A stretch of 64,000 nucleotides of DNA, from contig JAXGJB010000010.1 of the NCBI GenBank assembly GCA_040770465.1, positions 1 to 64,000 of the forward strand. Reading direction: 5' to 3'. The stretch comes from Methanothrix sp. (GTDB lineage Archaea; Halobacteriota; Methanosarcinia; Methanotrichales; Methanotrichaceae). The position numbers and the translations under genes were made by a program. Below are positions 29,754 through 40,032 of this stretch, in pieces; within the stretch, counting starts at the first letter, position 1; each line of letters opens with the position of its first letter. The notes beneath the pieces were generated by a model. The model did no database searches, was not told the DNA's origin, and saw only the letters and a list, made by a program, of their open reading frames with translations.

Positions 29754-30203
29754 CTATCCCTCTCCGGCCTCGACCCTCTCTTTGAGGGCCCGGTTCATCT
29801 CCTCAAAGCCGAGCTGTGTCTGATCGATGCTCTTCGCCAGGAAGGGGACGAGAAGGCCACTGAAGACCTCCCGCTGGACGAGCTTCACCCTCCCTGGCCC
29901 CAGGGGCTCGATCTCGAAGATGTGCTCTCCGTCGAAGAGGCCGGGGATCCAGAGCCGGCCCTTCCACCGGAGCTCTCGGTTGGCCGCGGCCACCGTCACC
30001 TTCGGCCGGAAGGCCATGGCCCTCCCGCCCGGCGGCCTGATCTGGACCCGAAGCTCTGCCCCAACTGAGGCAGTCCCCACCACCGGCCTCATGAAGGGGT
30101 TCCAGTCCCTGAAGGATTCAAAGTCGGTCAGAGCTTTCCAGACAGCCTCCGCCGGGGCTTCGATCTTGATCTCGTTTCTGATCTCCTTTCTGAACACGGT
30201 CAA
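29754..30203 (-). CDS. SRPBCC (polyketide cyclase/START-like) protein
   Basis: IEAPAEAVWKALTDF...WNPF...FDGEHIF...MNRALKERVE. Confidence 0.85.
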   Translation of the reverse strand: MTVFRKEIRNEIKIEAPAEAVWKALTDFESFRDWNPFMRPVVGTASVGAELRVQIRPPGGRAMAFRPKVTVAAANRELRWKGRLWIPGLFDGEHIFEIEPLGPGRVKLVQREVFSGLLVPFLAKSIDQTQLGFEEMNRALKERVEAGEG

Positions 30204-30257
30204 GCCTCCGTCTCCTTCCTGCCGCCGCCTTCCTTTCCCGTCGCCATCGGCGGATCG

Positions 30258-31994
30258 TCAGGCCGGCTGAAGCCAGAGCTCGTCGGCGTCACCAAACCCC
30301 CAGTCAGGAGGCTGCCAGCCCGGCCGGGGCTCTTCGCCCTCGAACTCCTCGACCTCCACCACCGATGTCGCGTAGACTGGCTGAGGGGACGACCCGTCGA
30401 CGGAGATGGCCTCCACCTCCGCCAGGTTCACAAACCTCCCGCTCCAGAGCGCCTCCACCTCGTAGACGATCGTCTCGTTCTCTTCTGGTCCGAGATCAAT
30501 CAGGTTCCAGGTGACGACGCCGTCCTCGCAGGATGCGAAGGTCGGCGACGAGTCAATGAGCACCATCCCGTCGGGCAGCCGATCGGTGACCGTCGCAACG
30601 AAGGTGTCATCGCCGAGGTTCTCCATCTCGAGGGTGTACCAAACGTGGTTTGCCGCGGCCTCGTCGACCTCTCCGGTCTTGGAGACTGAGACGCCGCCTG
30701 CAGAGCAGCATGACAGCCAATCGATCTCGATCGCCGAGAAGTTTGAGGCGGATACCCAGCCCTCGTCGCAGCCGCCCCAGGCACCGACCCGGTTCACCAG
30801 ATCGTCTCCCCGGAAGTTCGTGACGTCGAGGACGAGCTCGATGGTGAAGACCTGGTCCGGCGAGATGTGGGTGAGGGTCCAGTTGGCGCCCCCGGAGGTG
30901 AGGGCCGGCCTCAAGTTCGATTCCGCGAAGCTGGAGTTGGGGGGAAATAGGTCTTTCACGATAACCGGCTCCAGGGTAACGTCTCCGTCGTTCTCGAGGG
31001 TGATGGTGTAGCGGGCGAGGGTTCTATCATCCTCGCGAACCAGCGCCCCCACCTTCGAGACCGAAAGGTGGGGCTCGCCACGGCCGGAGGCCGAGATGAG
31101 CTGGACGTTCCGGTTGAGGGAGTAGCCGCCCATATACGAATCGTCCATATCGATGCCGTCTTTTGAGACGACCCTGTACCGTGCCGTCCCCGAGAAGTTC
31201 GCCTCCGTCTTCATCTCGCCGAGGCCCCGGGCTACCGTCGTCTTGTCGAGGCTGGTCAGTCCGGAGTACTCTTCGCCGATGAAGCTCTCACCCGCCTTCC
31301 TCGAACCTATCCCCTCCCTCCACTTGAGGGAGATGTTCGCGGACCCGTCGCCGGAAAGATCGAAGCTCGTGGGCTTGGAGGCGAGGGATAACGACTTTGC
31401 GATGTAGCTGGTGTATGTCTCGATATTCTCTTCGGACTCGTAAGAGCCGGTCCCCGACTCGAAGGTCTTCTGGTCGGCTCCGACCTTCTTGTTGACCGCC
31501 ACAAACCCCTCACCAGAGACGGTCCGCTCGGAGGCAAGGTTAGAGCCGTAATCGTCGAGGCTCTCAATGATCTTGAAGCTGCCATAATAATCCTCGGAGG
31601 CCTCGAAGGCCGGGGCGTCCCGGGGCGTGGCGTTGGGGCTTGACATTTTATAGACCCCGAAGCTTCCCATCCCGTCAAACGAGGATGAGACCACCATCTT
31701 GGTCCCGTTTCCGTCCATCCCCATCTGGACCCCCATCTGGGACTCCCGATCGATGGAGTCTCCGTAGAGGTACGACTCCTTCATCGCCGTCCCGGTGGCG
31801 GGGTTGAAGATGACCGTGATCTTGGTGAAACCGCCGAAGGAAGATCCCGAAAGGTTAGTGACCGGACGGGAGACGGAGGTGCTCTCCGAGACTTTGATCG
31901 ACGAGCTGCTCTCTTTTCCTCCCTCCCCCGCGGACATTCCGCACCAGGAGAGGACCAGGAGAAGACAGGCACCGAGGGCCAGGAAACCGCGCAT
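30258..31994 (-). CDS. Secreted protein with beta-rich module(s) plus two DUF11-like domains
   Basis: Signal peptide MRGFLALGACLLLV; central region clearly homologous to the C-terminus of the giant ORF; YTITLENDG/VTDRLPDG DUF11 motifs; WQPPDWGF tail. Confidence 0.82.
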   Translation of the reverse strand: MRGFLALGACLLLVLSWCGMSAGEGGKESSSSIKVSESTSVSRPVTNLSGSSFGGFTKITVIFNPATGTAMKESYLYGDSIDRESQMGVQMGMDGNGTKMVVSSSFDGMGSFGVYKMSSPNATPRDAPAFEASEDYYGSFKIIESLDDYGSNLASERTVSGEGFVAVNKKVGADQKTFESGTGSYESEENIETYTSYIAKSLSLASKPTSFDLSGDGSANISLKWREGIGSRKAGESFIGEEYSGLTSLDKTTVARGLGEMKTEANFSGTARYRVVSKDGIDMDDSYMGGYSLNRNVQLISASGRGEPHLSVSKVGALVREDDRTLARYTITLENDGDVTLEPVIVKDLFPPNSSFAESNLRPALTSGGANWTLTHISPDQVFTIELVLDVTNFRGDDLVNRVGAWGGCDEGWVSASNFSAIEIDWLSCCSAGGVSVSKTGEVDEAAANHVWYTLEMENLGDDTFVATVTDRLPDGMVLIDSSPTFASCEDGVVTWNLIDLGPEENETIVYEVEALWSGRFVNLAEVEAISVDGSSPQPVYATSVVEVEEFEGEEPRPGWQPPDWGFGDADELWLQPA

Positions 31995-32252
31995 AAACCA
32001 CCCACCTCCAAACTCGAAGCCCGAGGATCGGGCCTTACGCCTTACCTCTATCCTCAACCTTCTTAAACCCATTCGAGGAGGATGGAGGATTTGAGCTGGA
32101 TGGATATATCTGAACATCTGAATGAATGATGAATGAATGATATCTGTGTGGATAATATCCGGATGGACGATGATTGGAAATGATGATTGGGGAATATGAT
32201 GGAGAAATGATGGGGAATATGACGAAGAATGTGCTGGAGAATATTTACGGGG

Positions 32253-32861
32253 GTGATTTGGACGGCTGAGATATCGGTCCTGACGGAAGGGTACGTCATC
32301 GACCTTGTGGGCGGGGGGTATCGGGCCTCGCCCTCGTCGGTCCTGATCGAGGACGGTGGAAAGAGGGTCCTGGTCGACCCGGGAGCCGACCGGCGGGGGC
32401 TTCTCTCAGCCCTCTCCGAACGGGGCCTTCGGCCCGACGAGATCGACCTAGTATTCGTCACCCATCCTCACCTGGACCACATCCTCAATATCTGCCTCTT
32501 TTCCGAGGCGGAGGTCTGCGATCTCCACTTCGTTTACAGGGGGGACGAGGAGATCCCCTACGGAAAGCTCATTCCCGGAACCGGAGTCGAGGTTCTCCCG
32601 ACGCCGGGCCATTCTCCCGATCACGCCTCTCTCCTCGTCCCGTCGGGTGGCGAGACCTGGCTTGTGGCCGGAGATCTCTTCTGGTGGAAGGACGACATAG
32701 TCCAGAGGACCGATCGGAAGTCGCTCCTGGCGCTGGGTGACGAGCTTGCGTGCGACCTTGCGGCCCTGAGGACGAGCCGATTGACGGCGCTGGAGAGGGC
32801 CGACGTCGTCGTCCCGGGCCACGGGAAGGCGTTCCGTCCGGACCATCCTCGCCTCCGATAG
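32253..32861 (+). CDS. MBL-fold metallo-hydrolase
   Basis: LVDPG, THPHLDH, TPGHS, AGD, VPGHG. Confidence 0.88.
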   Translation: MIWTAEISVLTEGYVIDLVGGGYRASPSSVLIEDGGKRVLVDPGADRRGLLSALSERGLRPDEIDLVFVTHPHLDHILNICLFSEAEVCDLHFVYRGDEEIPYGKLIPGTGVEVLPTPGHSPDHASLLVPSGGETWLVAGDLFWWKDDIVQRTDRKSLLALGDELACDLAALRTSRLTALERADVVVPGHGKAFRPDHPRLR

Positions 32862-32896
32862 TCACCTTTTAGTAGTTTTTGAGGGAGGATTAGGCT

Positions 32897-33463
32897 ATGC
32901 AAGAGGAGATCTTCTGCCCCGAATGCTGCGACTTCACCGAACACGTCACCGTCAAGCTCGGACGGGAGCACCTGGTCAGGTGCGAGGTCTGCGGGACGGT
33001 CCATCCCACAAAGCTTGAGCGGGAGAGGCTTTCGACCCTCCGGGTGATCGTCAGCGCCACGGACTCCTCCGAGCGCCGGTCGATCCAGCTCCCAGCCGAG
33101 GATCTCCTCGGGGTGGGCGACGAGCTTCTGGTGGACGACGGCGTCGGGGACGTCGCCATGGTCGAGATCACGTCCATCGAGCTGGAGGGGGAGCGGCGGG
33201 CGGAGAGGGCTCGGGCCGGAGAGGTGAAGACCCTCTGGACGAGGGGCATCGACCGGGTGGTGGTGAAGGTCTCGGTCCATCGGCGGGGGACGACCACCTC
33301 GTACGAGATCCCCACCAGGGGGGACGAGGCCTTCGCGGTGGGCGAGGTGAGGACTGTGGACGGGAAAAGGTTCAGGGTGGAGAAGATGAGGCTTCGCGAC
33401 GGCCGATCCGCTGACAGGGCCTTCGCCAAGGATATAGTCAGGGTCTGGGGGGCCTCTCTCTGA
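32897..33463 (+). CDS. HVO_0476-family zinc-finger protein
   Basis: CPEC...H...CEVCGTVH, VEITSIE; commonly adjacent to pcm. Confidence 0.8.
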   Translation: MQEEIFCPECCDFTEHVTVKLGREHLVRCEVCGTVHPTKLERERLSTLRVIVSATDSSERRSIQLPAEDLLGVGDELLVDDGVGDVAMVEITSIELEGERRAERARAGEVKTLWTRGIDRVVVKVSVHRRGTTTSYEIPTRGDEAFAVGEVRTVDGKRFRVEKMRLRDGRSADRAFAKDIVRVWGASL

Positions 33464-34086
33464 TGAAGGACGATATGTTGAGGATGCTCCGGGGAAACAT
33501 CAGCGACCGGGTCGTCGAGGCGATGGACAGGACCCCTCGGGAGCTCTTCGTCCCCGAGGGGATACGCACCATGGCCTACGAGGACCATCCTCTGCCCATC
33601 GGCCAGGGGCAGACGATATCCGCCCCTCACATGGTGGCGATCATGTGCGACGTCCTCGACCTCGGTGCCGGGATGAAGGTTCTGGACGTGGGTGCCGGCT
33701 CCGGCTACCACGCCGCGGTGATGGCGGAGCTGGTGGGGCCCGAGGGGCACGTCTACTCCATCGAACGGGTCCCTGAGCTGGTGGTCTATGCCAGAAGAAA
33801 CCTCCGGGAGGCGGGGGTCGAGAACGTCACCGTCGTCGAGGGGGACGGAAGCCTGGGCCTTCCCGACCAAGCCCCCTACGACCGGATCAACGTGGCGGCG
33901 ACGGCACCGAAGGTCCCCGAGCCCCTCAAGGAGCAGCTGAAGGTGGGGGGAAAGCTGGTGGTACCCGTTGGGACCTGCTACCAGGAGCTGGTCCTTGTGA
34001 TCAGGACCGACGAGGGGTTCGAGCTGGAGCACCACGGCGGCGTCGTCTTCGTCCCCCTGATCGGAGACCATGGCTTCAAGATCTGA
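33463..34086 (+). CDS. pcm: Protein-L-isoaspartate O-methyltransferase
   Basis: GQTISAPHMV, VLDVGAGSGY, APYDRI, FVPL. Confidence 0.95.
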   Translation: MKDDMLRMLRGNISDRVVEAMDRTPRELFVPEGIRTMAYEDHPLPIGQGQTISAPHMVAIMCDVLDLGAGMKVLDVGAGSGYHAAVMAELVGPEGHVYSIERVPELVVYARRNLREAGVENVTVVEGDGSLGLPDQAPYDRINVAATAPKVPEPLKEQLKVGGKLVVPVGTCYQELVLVIRTDEGFELEHHGGVVFVPLIGDHGFKI

Positions 34087-34179
34087 AGGGATGAGCGGCA
34101 GGGATGCTGGCAAGAGGCTGGCAAAGGGTCAACAGAAGGTTGGCAAAGGGTTATCTTCGTCAGAGCCGACTTCGATTTG

Positions 34180-35697
34180 ATGAAGCCTGTCACCCTCATA
34201 ATCATGGACGGGTTTGGGGAGAGCGACGAAATCGAGGGGAACGCCATCGCCTCCGCAAAAACCCCCAACATCGACCGCCTCAAGAGCTCGTATCCGTTCA
34301 CCACCATCGGCGCCGCCGGCCTTGACGTGGGCCTCCCCCCCGGCCAGATGGGAAACTCTGAGGTGGGGCATCTGAACCTCGGCGCCGGGAGGGTCGTCTA
34401 TCAGGACTACACCAGGATCAACCTCGCCATCGAGGACGGCTCTTTTTATTCAAACCCGGTCCTGGTCGAGGCCGCGGACCTCGCGAAGGAGAGGGGAAGA
34501 ACCCTACATCTGATGGGCCTCTTATCCGACGGCGGGGTCCACAGCCACAACGCCCACCTATACGCTCTCCTCAGGCTCGCGAAGGCGAGGGGGGTTGAGA
34601 GGCTCCGAATCCACGCCATCCTCGACGGGAGGGACGTTCCGCCCCGAAGCGCCCTCGGCTACTTCCGGGATCTGGGGGACGAGGTCGCGACCATCGGTCT
34701 GGGGAGTGTGGCCACCGTCGCCGGGAGGTACTACTCCATGGATCGGGACCGGAGGTGGGAGAGGACAAAGCTCGCCTACCGGGCCATGACCTCCGGCGAG
34801 GGGCTGAAGGCAGAGACGCCGGAGGAGGCGGTAAAGGCAGGGTACGATCGGGGCGAGGACGACGAGTTTTTGAAGCCGACGGTGATCGACCCCGACGGCC
34901 TGGTCAGAGACGACGACAGCCTCATATTCTTCAACTTCAGGCCCGACCGGGCCCGCCAGATAACGAAGGCCTTTGTAGACCCCGGCTTCTGCGACTTCGA
35001 GAGGGATAAGATCAATGTCCACTTCGTCTGCATGACCCTGTACCAGGAGTCGATCAGGTCACCGGTCGCCTTTCCCGCCGATCATCTCAAAGAGACCCTC
35101 GGCGAGGTGGTGAGCGGATCGGGGCTCCGGCAGCTGCGGATCGCCGAGACGGAGAAGTACGCCCACGTCACCTTCTTCTTCAACGGAGGCCGGGAGGAGG
35201 CGAGCCCCGGCGAGGACCGGCTTCTGATACCCTCGCCGAAGGTCGCCACCTACGACAGAAAGCCGGAGATGAGCGCATTTGAGGTGACCGACGCCGTCGT
35301 CGGGAAGATCCGAGAGGGCGTCTACGACCTGATCGTCCTCAACTACGCAAACTCGGACATGGTGGGCCACACCGGGATCTTCGATGCGGCGGTTAAGGCG
35401 GTGGAGGCGGTCGACGAATGCGTCGGACGGATAGTCTCAGAGGTCCTTGCCCGGGGCGGAGCCGTCCTCCTGACGGCAGACCACGGGAACGCCGAGCAGA
35501 TGGAGAACGAGGCGACAGGCCAGCACCACACAGCCCACACCACAAACCCCGTCCCCTTCGTCCTGATCAGAGACGGCGAAAAGGCCAGGCTCCGGGAGGA
35601 CGGGATCCTCGCCGACGTCGCCCCCACAGTCCTGGACCTCCTGGGCCTTCCCGCACCTGCGGCGATGACCGGACGGTCTCTGATCGTCAGAGATTAA
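34180..35697 (+). CDS. gpmI: 2,3-bisphosphoglycerate-independent phosphoglycerate mutase
   Basis: MDGFG, GQMGNSEVGH, DGGVHSH, AETEKYAHVTFF, DMVGHTG, TADHGNAE. Confidence 0.96.
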   Translation: MKPVTLIIMDGFGESDEIEGNAIASAKTPNIDRLKSSYPFTTIGAAGLDVGLPPGQMGNSEVGHLNLGAGRVVYQDYTRINLAIEDGSFYSNPVLVEAADLAKERGRTLHLMGLLSDGGVHSHNAHLYALLRLAKARGVERLRIHAILDGRDVPPRSALGYFRDLGDEVATIGLGSVATVAGRYYSMDRDRRWERTKLAYRAMTSGEGLKAETPEEAVKAGYDRGEDDEFLKPTVIDPDGLVRDDDSLIFFNFRPDRARQITKAFVDPGFCDFERDKINVHFVCMTLYQESIRSPVAFPADHLKETLGEVVSGSGLRQLRIAETEKYAHVTFFFNGGREEASPGEDRLLIPSPKVATYDRKPEMSAFEVTDAVVGKIREGVYDLIVLNYANSDMVGHTGIFDAAVKAVEAVDECVGRIVSEVLARGGAVLLTADHGNAEQMENEATGQHHTAHTTNPVPFVLIRDGEKARLREDGILADVAPTVLDLLGLPAPAAMTGRSLIVRD

Positions 35698-35724
35698 GCC
35701 GAAGAACTCCAGTGGTCATCTGTC

Positions 35725-36315
35725 ATGGAAGGGAGCTGGGAGAAGTTCAGAACCTACCTCCGGGTCAGCCAGGCCTACAAGATAGCAAGGCGGCTCTTCG
35801 TGATGAACGCCTTCGATGGGATTCTGACCATCATGGGCGTCGTCATCGGAGTCCACTTCTCGGGGCTAACAGACCCCGATATCGTCATCACCGCCGGGGT
35901 GGGTGGTAGCATCGCCATGGGGATATCCGGGATGAGCGGGGCTTACCTGGCGGAACGGGCCGAGAGGAGGAGGGACCTGATGAAGCTGGAGAGCGCCATG
36001 CTCGTCGACCTCAAAAAGAGCCAGTTTGCGAGGGCCTCGGAGTTTGCCACCGTCGTCGTAGCCCTGGTGGACGGGATCAGCCCTGCCGTTGGGGCGGTCA
36101 TCCTCATCCTTCCCTACTTCTTCGTACCCAGGATCGATATGGAGGCGGCCTTCCGGGCATCCCTCGGCCTCGGCCTCGGGTGCCTCTTCGTCCTGGGGCT
36201 CTTTCTCGCCCGGATCAGCCACGAGCGGATGATCGTCTCGGGCGTCCGGATGATCCTGGTGGGTCTCTTGACAATCGCCATCGTCAGCTTCGTCTCGGCG
36301 CCGGGATCGATCTAG
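35725..36315 (+). CDS. VIT1/CCC1-like membrane protein
   Basis: RRLFVMNAFDGIL, AMGISGMSGAYLAERAE, multiple TMs. Confidence 0.82.
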   Translation: MEGSWEKFRTYLRVSQAYKIARRLFVMNAFDGILTIMGVVIGVHFSGLTDPDIVITAGVGGSIAMGISGMSGAYLAERAERRRDLMKLESAMLVDLKKSQFARASEFATVVVALVDGISPAVGAVILILPYFFVPRIDMEAAFRASLGLGLGCLFVLGLFLARISHERMIVSGVRMILVGLLTIAIVSFVSAPGSI

Positions 36316-36389
36316 CTCTGGAACATTAATTTTGATGGTTAAGATCCGACTCTGAAAAATAGATAGAACAAGTGCCCGTGGTGGAATAA

Positions 36390-36941
36390 ATGTGCCCGAA
36401 GAAGAGAGCAAATATTGAAACGGTTTTTCTGGAAGAACAAGATAGACTCTCCATGCCCTATCGAGTAGAACGTCTACGGTATTTGATTGAGCAATTCGGC
36501 GACGAGAAGCACTTGCTCATGGGGGGGATGAGTTGGTACTACTTTGAAGAAGCACGCTTGTCATATTTAAATGGGATTTATGTCGGCTGCATTATGCTGA
36601 CTCAAGCTTCCATCGAGGAACTGCTTAGACATTTTTTCCGCCTGAAGGGAGACGACAGAATTGCAGACAAAGCTGGGTTCGGTCAGCTAGTAGATGAGAG
36701 CAAGAGGGAGAATTTCATTTCGGATTTAGAAGCGAGCGAAATGCATGCACTGAGAAAATGTCGTAATCCATACGTACATCCGAAAAGCCCTACTCATCCA
36801 TCCTCTATGCATAGGCGTGTGGTGGATGCCGGTTTCTTAAAAGATGACTACGACTTGATGCGTTTGGATGCCGAAAACGCGATGGAAGTATTGTTCAGAC
36901 TGCTTCAACGTCATCCCTTTGCGTTTCCAATTGATGGTTAG
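36390..36941 (+). CDS. Low-GC HEPN/DUF4145-like protein
   Basis: EARLSYLNGIYVGCIMLTQASIEELL and RNPYVH (Rx4H) motif; AT-richer than flanks. Confidence 0.6.
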   Translation: MCPKKRANIETVFLEEQDRLSMPYRVERLRYLIEQFGDEKHLLMGGMSWYYFEEARLSYLNGIYVGCIMLTQASIEELLRHFFRLKGDDRIADKAGFGQLVDESKRENFISDLEASEMHALRKCRNPYVHPKSPTHPSSMHRRVVDAGFLKDDYDLMRLDAENAMEVLFRLLQRHPFAFPIDG

Positions 36942-37372
36942 CTGCAGGATTCAGAAGACGATGCACATCTTATCATGGTGATTCCATTACAGGACGTGCA
37001 ATTATGCTTAGAACTTTTGTTCCAGAGCACTAGGAGGATATCGATTTGTACGGCGGCATGGGCTTTGAGACCGACACCTTCCTTGAGATCAGCCTCGAGC
37101 TTCCGGAGCGGCACAAAGTAGACCTCGGCCCCCGGAGGGTGGACCTGATCGTCCGGCAGGGCGGGATTTTGGACTCTCACATCGAGAACCTTAGAACGGG
37201 GAGGTACGGGCCGGGAAGGGCGAACTATCTTGAAAGGGCGTTGCTCCCGAGGCTTGAGGCGAAGTGCTTTGAGATTCTCGATGAGATGCCGCCGGAATCG
37301 AGATCTCGCTGCCGAGCGGAGGTCGGAGAAGCCTTTAATAGGGCTCGGGTCAGCATAAATCTGCTGAGATAT

Positions 37373-38632
37373 ATGGAGATTTATCGATACCTGGATTCGA
37401 AGACCCCCGAGACGCTGGAGGTTCTGAGGGATCTGGTACGTTTTGAGACCGCCGCCCCTCCAGGCAAGAACTACTCCGAGATCGTAGACTACCTCGTCCC
37501 GATATTCGAGGAGCTGGGGTTTGTTGCGGAGAAGGTGGTGATGCCTCCCGAGGTCTTCGATCGGAAGTGCGGCGTCGCGGGGCTCGTCGGCGAACGGGCG
37601 AACCTCAGGGCCCGCCTCGACGTCGGGGCGGAGGAGACCCTGGTCATCTACACCCATCTCGACGTCGTCCCCGCCGGAGACGGCTGGTCCAGCGACCCCT
37701 TCGACCTCTCCGTCCGGGAGGGTCGGATCTACGGCCGGGGGGTCGCCGACTCCAAGGGGGCGGTGGCCGCCCTCATCGCCGCCCTCCGGGCCGTCCAGGC
37801 CTGTGGAGAGCACCGGAGGAACCTCGAGGTCCTCCTCACCACCGACGAGGAGGTGGGAGGGTACTCGGGGCTCTGCTACTTCACCGACGAGGGCTTCGTC
37901 GACGGCGACTTCATGCTCTGTATGGACAGCTTCTCCGACGATATCATCATCGGCTGTAACGGCATCATCACCTGGCAGGCCACCGTCCGGGGAAAGGCGG
38001 TCCACTCCGGCTCAAGCTTCCTCGGGGAGAACGCCATCGAGAAGGCATTGCCGGTCATCCGCGCCCTCCTGGACCTGAAGAAGGAGGTGGAATCGAGGAG
38101 GTCATCTTTGCGGGCATCCTCAGAGCTTGCGGCCTTCGGCGTCGACCGGGTGAGGCCGATGCTGAACGTCAGCATAATCACCGGCGGGATCAAGGAGAAC
38201 ATCGTCCCCGACCGCTGCGTGGTGAGGGGTGACCGGAGGGTCATCTCCGAGGAGAGGATGGAGGATGCGGCTGCCGAGATGGAGCAGGTCGTCGGGGATC
38301 TTGGCGTCGAGGTGGAGTGGAAGAGCTGGATGGGCTACCCCCCCATGAGGATCGATCCCGGCCACCCCTGGGTCGGAGAGGTGAGCCGGGCCCTGGAGAG
38401 GGCGTCGGGGAGAAAGCCCCGGCTCGCCGGGGCCCAGTACAGCCTCGATCAGGCCTACGTGGTGGAGGTGACGGGGATTCCCTCCTGCGTCTACGGCGTC
38501 GGCCGCCAGACCGACTCAAACCCCCACGGACCCGACGAGAACGTCACCGCAGAGGACCTCTCGACGTACGCCCGGTTCCTGGCATCCCTTTTGACGGGCC
38601 GAGAAGGCGACGAAAGGGAGGCGAGAAGTTGA
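37373..38632 (+). CDS. M20 family metallopeptidase (ArgE/DapE-like)
   Basis: THLDVVP, GRGVADSKG, DEEVG, HGPDE; TATA-like tttaata at ~37334. Confidence 0.9.
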   Translation: MEIYRYLDSKTPETLEVLRDLVRFETAAPPGKNYSEIVDYLVPIFEELGFVAEKVVMPPEVFDRKCGVAGLVGERANLRARLDVGAEETLVIYTHLDVVPAGDGWSSDPFDLSVREGRIYGRGVADSKGAVAALIAALRAVQACGEHRRNLEVLLTTDEEVGGYSGLCYFTDEGFVDGDFMLCMDSFSDDIIIGCNGIITWQATVRGKAVHSGSSFLGENAIEKALPVIRALLDLKKEVESRRSSLRASSELAAFGVDRVRPMLNVSIITGGIKENIVPDRCVVRGDRRVISEERMEDAAAEMEQVVGDLGVEVEWKSWMGYPPMRIDPGHPWVGEVSRALERASGRKPRLAGAQYSLDQAYVVEVTGIPSCVYGVGRQTDSNPHGPDENVTAEDLSTYARFLASLLTGREGDEREARS

Positions 38633-39060
38633 AGATCATATCTGTGGTGGGTCCCAAGAAGTCCGGCAAGACATCTCTCGTTGAGGCGATGGTCAGAACC
38701 CTGAAGGGGCGAGGCCGCGTCGGCACCATAAAGAACATGCCCGGCCACCCCGCCGAGGACAGGGGCGACACCAGGCGCCACTTCGATGCCGGGGCAGACG
38801 TGGTGGTGGGCGTCGGCCAGGACGGGGTCGTTTTCAAGGTGGCGAGGGACGGCAGCCTGGAGGCGGCCCTGGAGGATCTCAGGAATAGCGGGGTGGATTA
38901 CGCCATCGTCGAGGGGTTCAAGAGGTCGGGCCTTCCCAAGATCGTCCTCGGCGGGATCGACGTTCCCAACACCCTGGCGAGGGTGGATGCATCCCCGCCC
39001 TTCGACGACGATCTGGTGGAGGAGCTGGTCGGTCTTCTCATCTCGTCGGAGGAGCTCTGA
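38629..39060 (+). CDS. mobB: Molybdopterin-guanine dinucleotide biosynthesis protein B
   Basis: KIISVVGPKKSGKTSL, GDTRRHFDAGA, VEGFK; TTG overlaps upstream TGA. Confidence 0.88.
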   Translation: MKIISVVGPKKSGKTSLVEAMVRTLKGRGRVGTIKNMPGHPAEDRGDTRRHFDAGADVVVGVGQDGVVFKVARDGSLEAALEDLRNSGVDYAIVEGFKRSGLPKIVLGGIDVPNTLARVDASPPFDDDLVEELVGLLISSEEL

Positions 39061-39167
39061 CCTTTCGCCGATCACCATATTGCGACCACCTTCGAACTCG
39101 ATTAATTTAATAAATATAGGCAAAATATCTCGACACGTTTTTAAACCAGGACGTCTTCACCGGCTCT

Positions 39168-39842
39168 GTGGGGAGGCTCAATTTGAATCGTCTAGGTGGC
39201 GCAGTCCTGATCTCGATACTGGTTCTTCTGGGGTCAGCGACGGCCGCCAACTACGTCTTCGAGCGGTCGGTGATCCAGGGGGTGGGCTATCGAAGCCACG
39301 AGCTGGTGGGTCAGACCGGCCAGGGTCAGAGCGGCCAGAAGATCGTGGAGAGGATCCGGGGGAGCGGAAACTTCTACGACCGGACCGAGTTCGAGCTCGA
39401 CGTCCACAAAAACGCCATAAACTACACCCAGGAGGCGGAGTTCGAGTACTTCCCGACCAGCTACCAGACCGGCACCTACGATGAGAAGTGGCAGGACCGG
39501 CTCTGTGTCCAAAACTACGATGCAGGAGCGGTGGTCGTCGAGCAGTACACCCACGCCGAGAGCCTGATGAAGAACACCCAGATCAGCACGGCGGGCAACA
39601 GCTATCTCAACGACGTGAACAACAGCGGGATCGAGGCGAGCTTCAACTCCAACGTCATCGGCGTCGGCCACATCGGCTGGCTCTCAAAGGATACGGAGAC
39701 CAACTGCAAGGGGAGGCACTTCGAGGTGGGAAGGTCCGTTGAGGACGTCACCGGAGTATTCTCCATCGAGAAGTACATCCAGCTCTTCGATAACTCGAGC
39801 GACGCCACCACCGGGGCCATCGACTGGCTCCCCTGTCTGTAG
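39168..39842 (+). CDS. Secreted protein consisting of one beta-rich module (shared family)
   Basis: Signal peptide; GSGNFYD...KW...QNYDAGA...EQY...GVGHIGW...EDVTGVFSIEK; ends DWLPCL. Confidence 0.8.
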   Translation: MGRLNLNRLGGAVLISILVLLGSATAANYVFERSVIQGVGYRSHELVGQTGQGQSGQKIVERIRGSGNFYDRTEFELDVHKNAINYTQEAEFEYFPTSYQTGTYDEKWQDRLCVQNYDAGAVVVEQYTHAESLMKNTQISTAGNSYLNDVNNSGIEASFNSNVIGVGHIGWLSKDTETNCKGRHFEVGRSVEDVTGVFSIEKYIQLFDNSSDATTGAIDWLPCL

Positions 39843-39982
39843 ATGGAGATAGGGGTCCCCCGTCTGCAGATGGATGATGCGGATAAATCGGGCCGGATCG
39901 GTGAGGTGAGGAATCGGCCCGGCGGGATATCCATGGCGGAAGTCGGGCAGAAGAGGGTGAATGGAGAGATCTCCGCCACTTT
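39518..39982 (+). repeat. Direct repeat copy 1 (~460 bp)
   Basis: Near-identical to 41648-42108 (offset ~2130), more divergent in the last ~80 bp. Confidence 0.9.
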
Positions 39983-40032
39983 GGCTCAAAAATCAATAAA
40001 ATTAGTAATGTATTATCTTTTTAAAAAAAGTT

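Noticed and set aside
32890-34113. 407-aa minus-strand ORF, and similar long antisense ORFs over secD, alaS, gpmI and the M20 gene
   Set aside because: GC-rich shadow frames opposite well-supported genes
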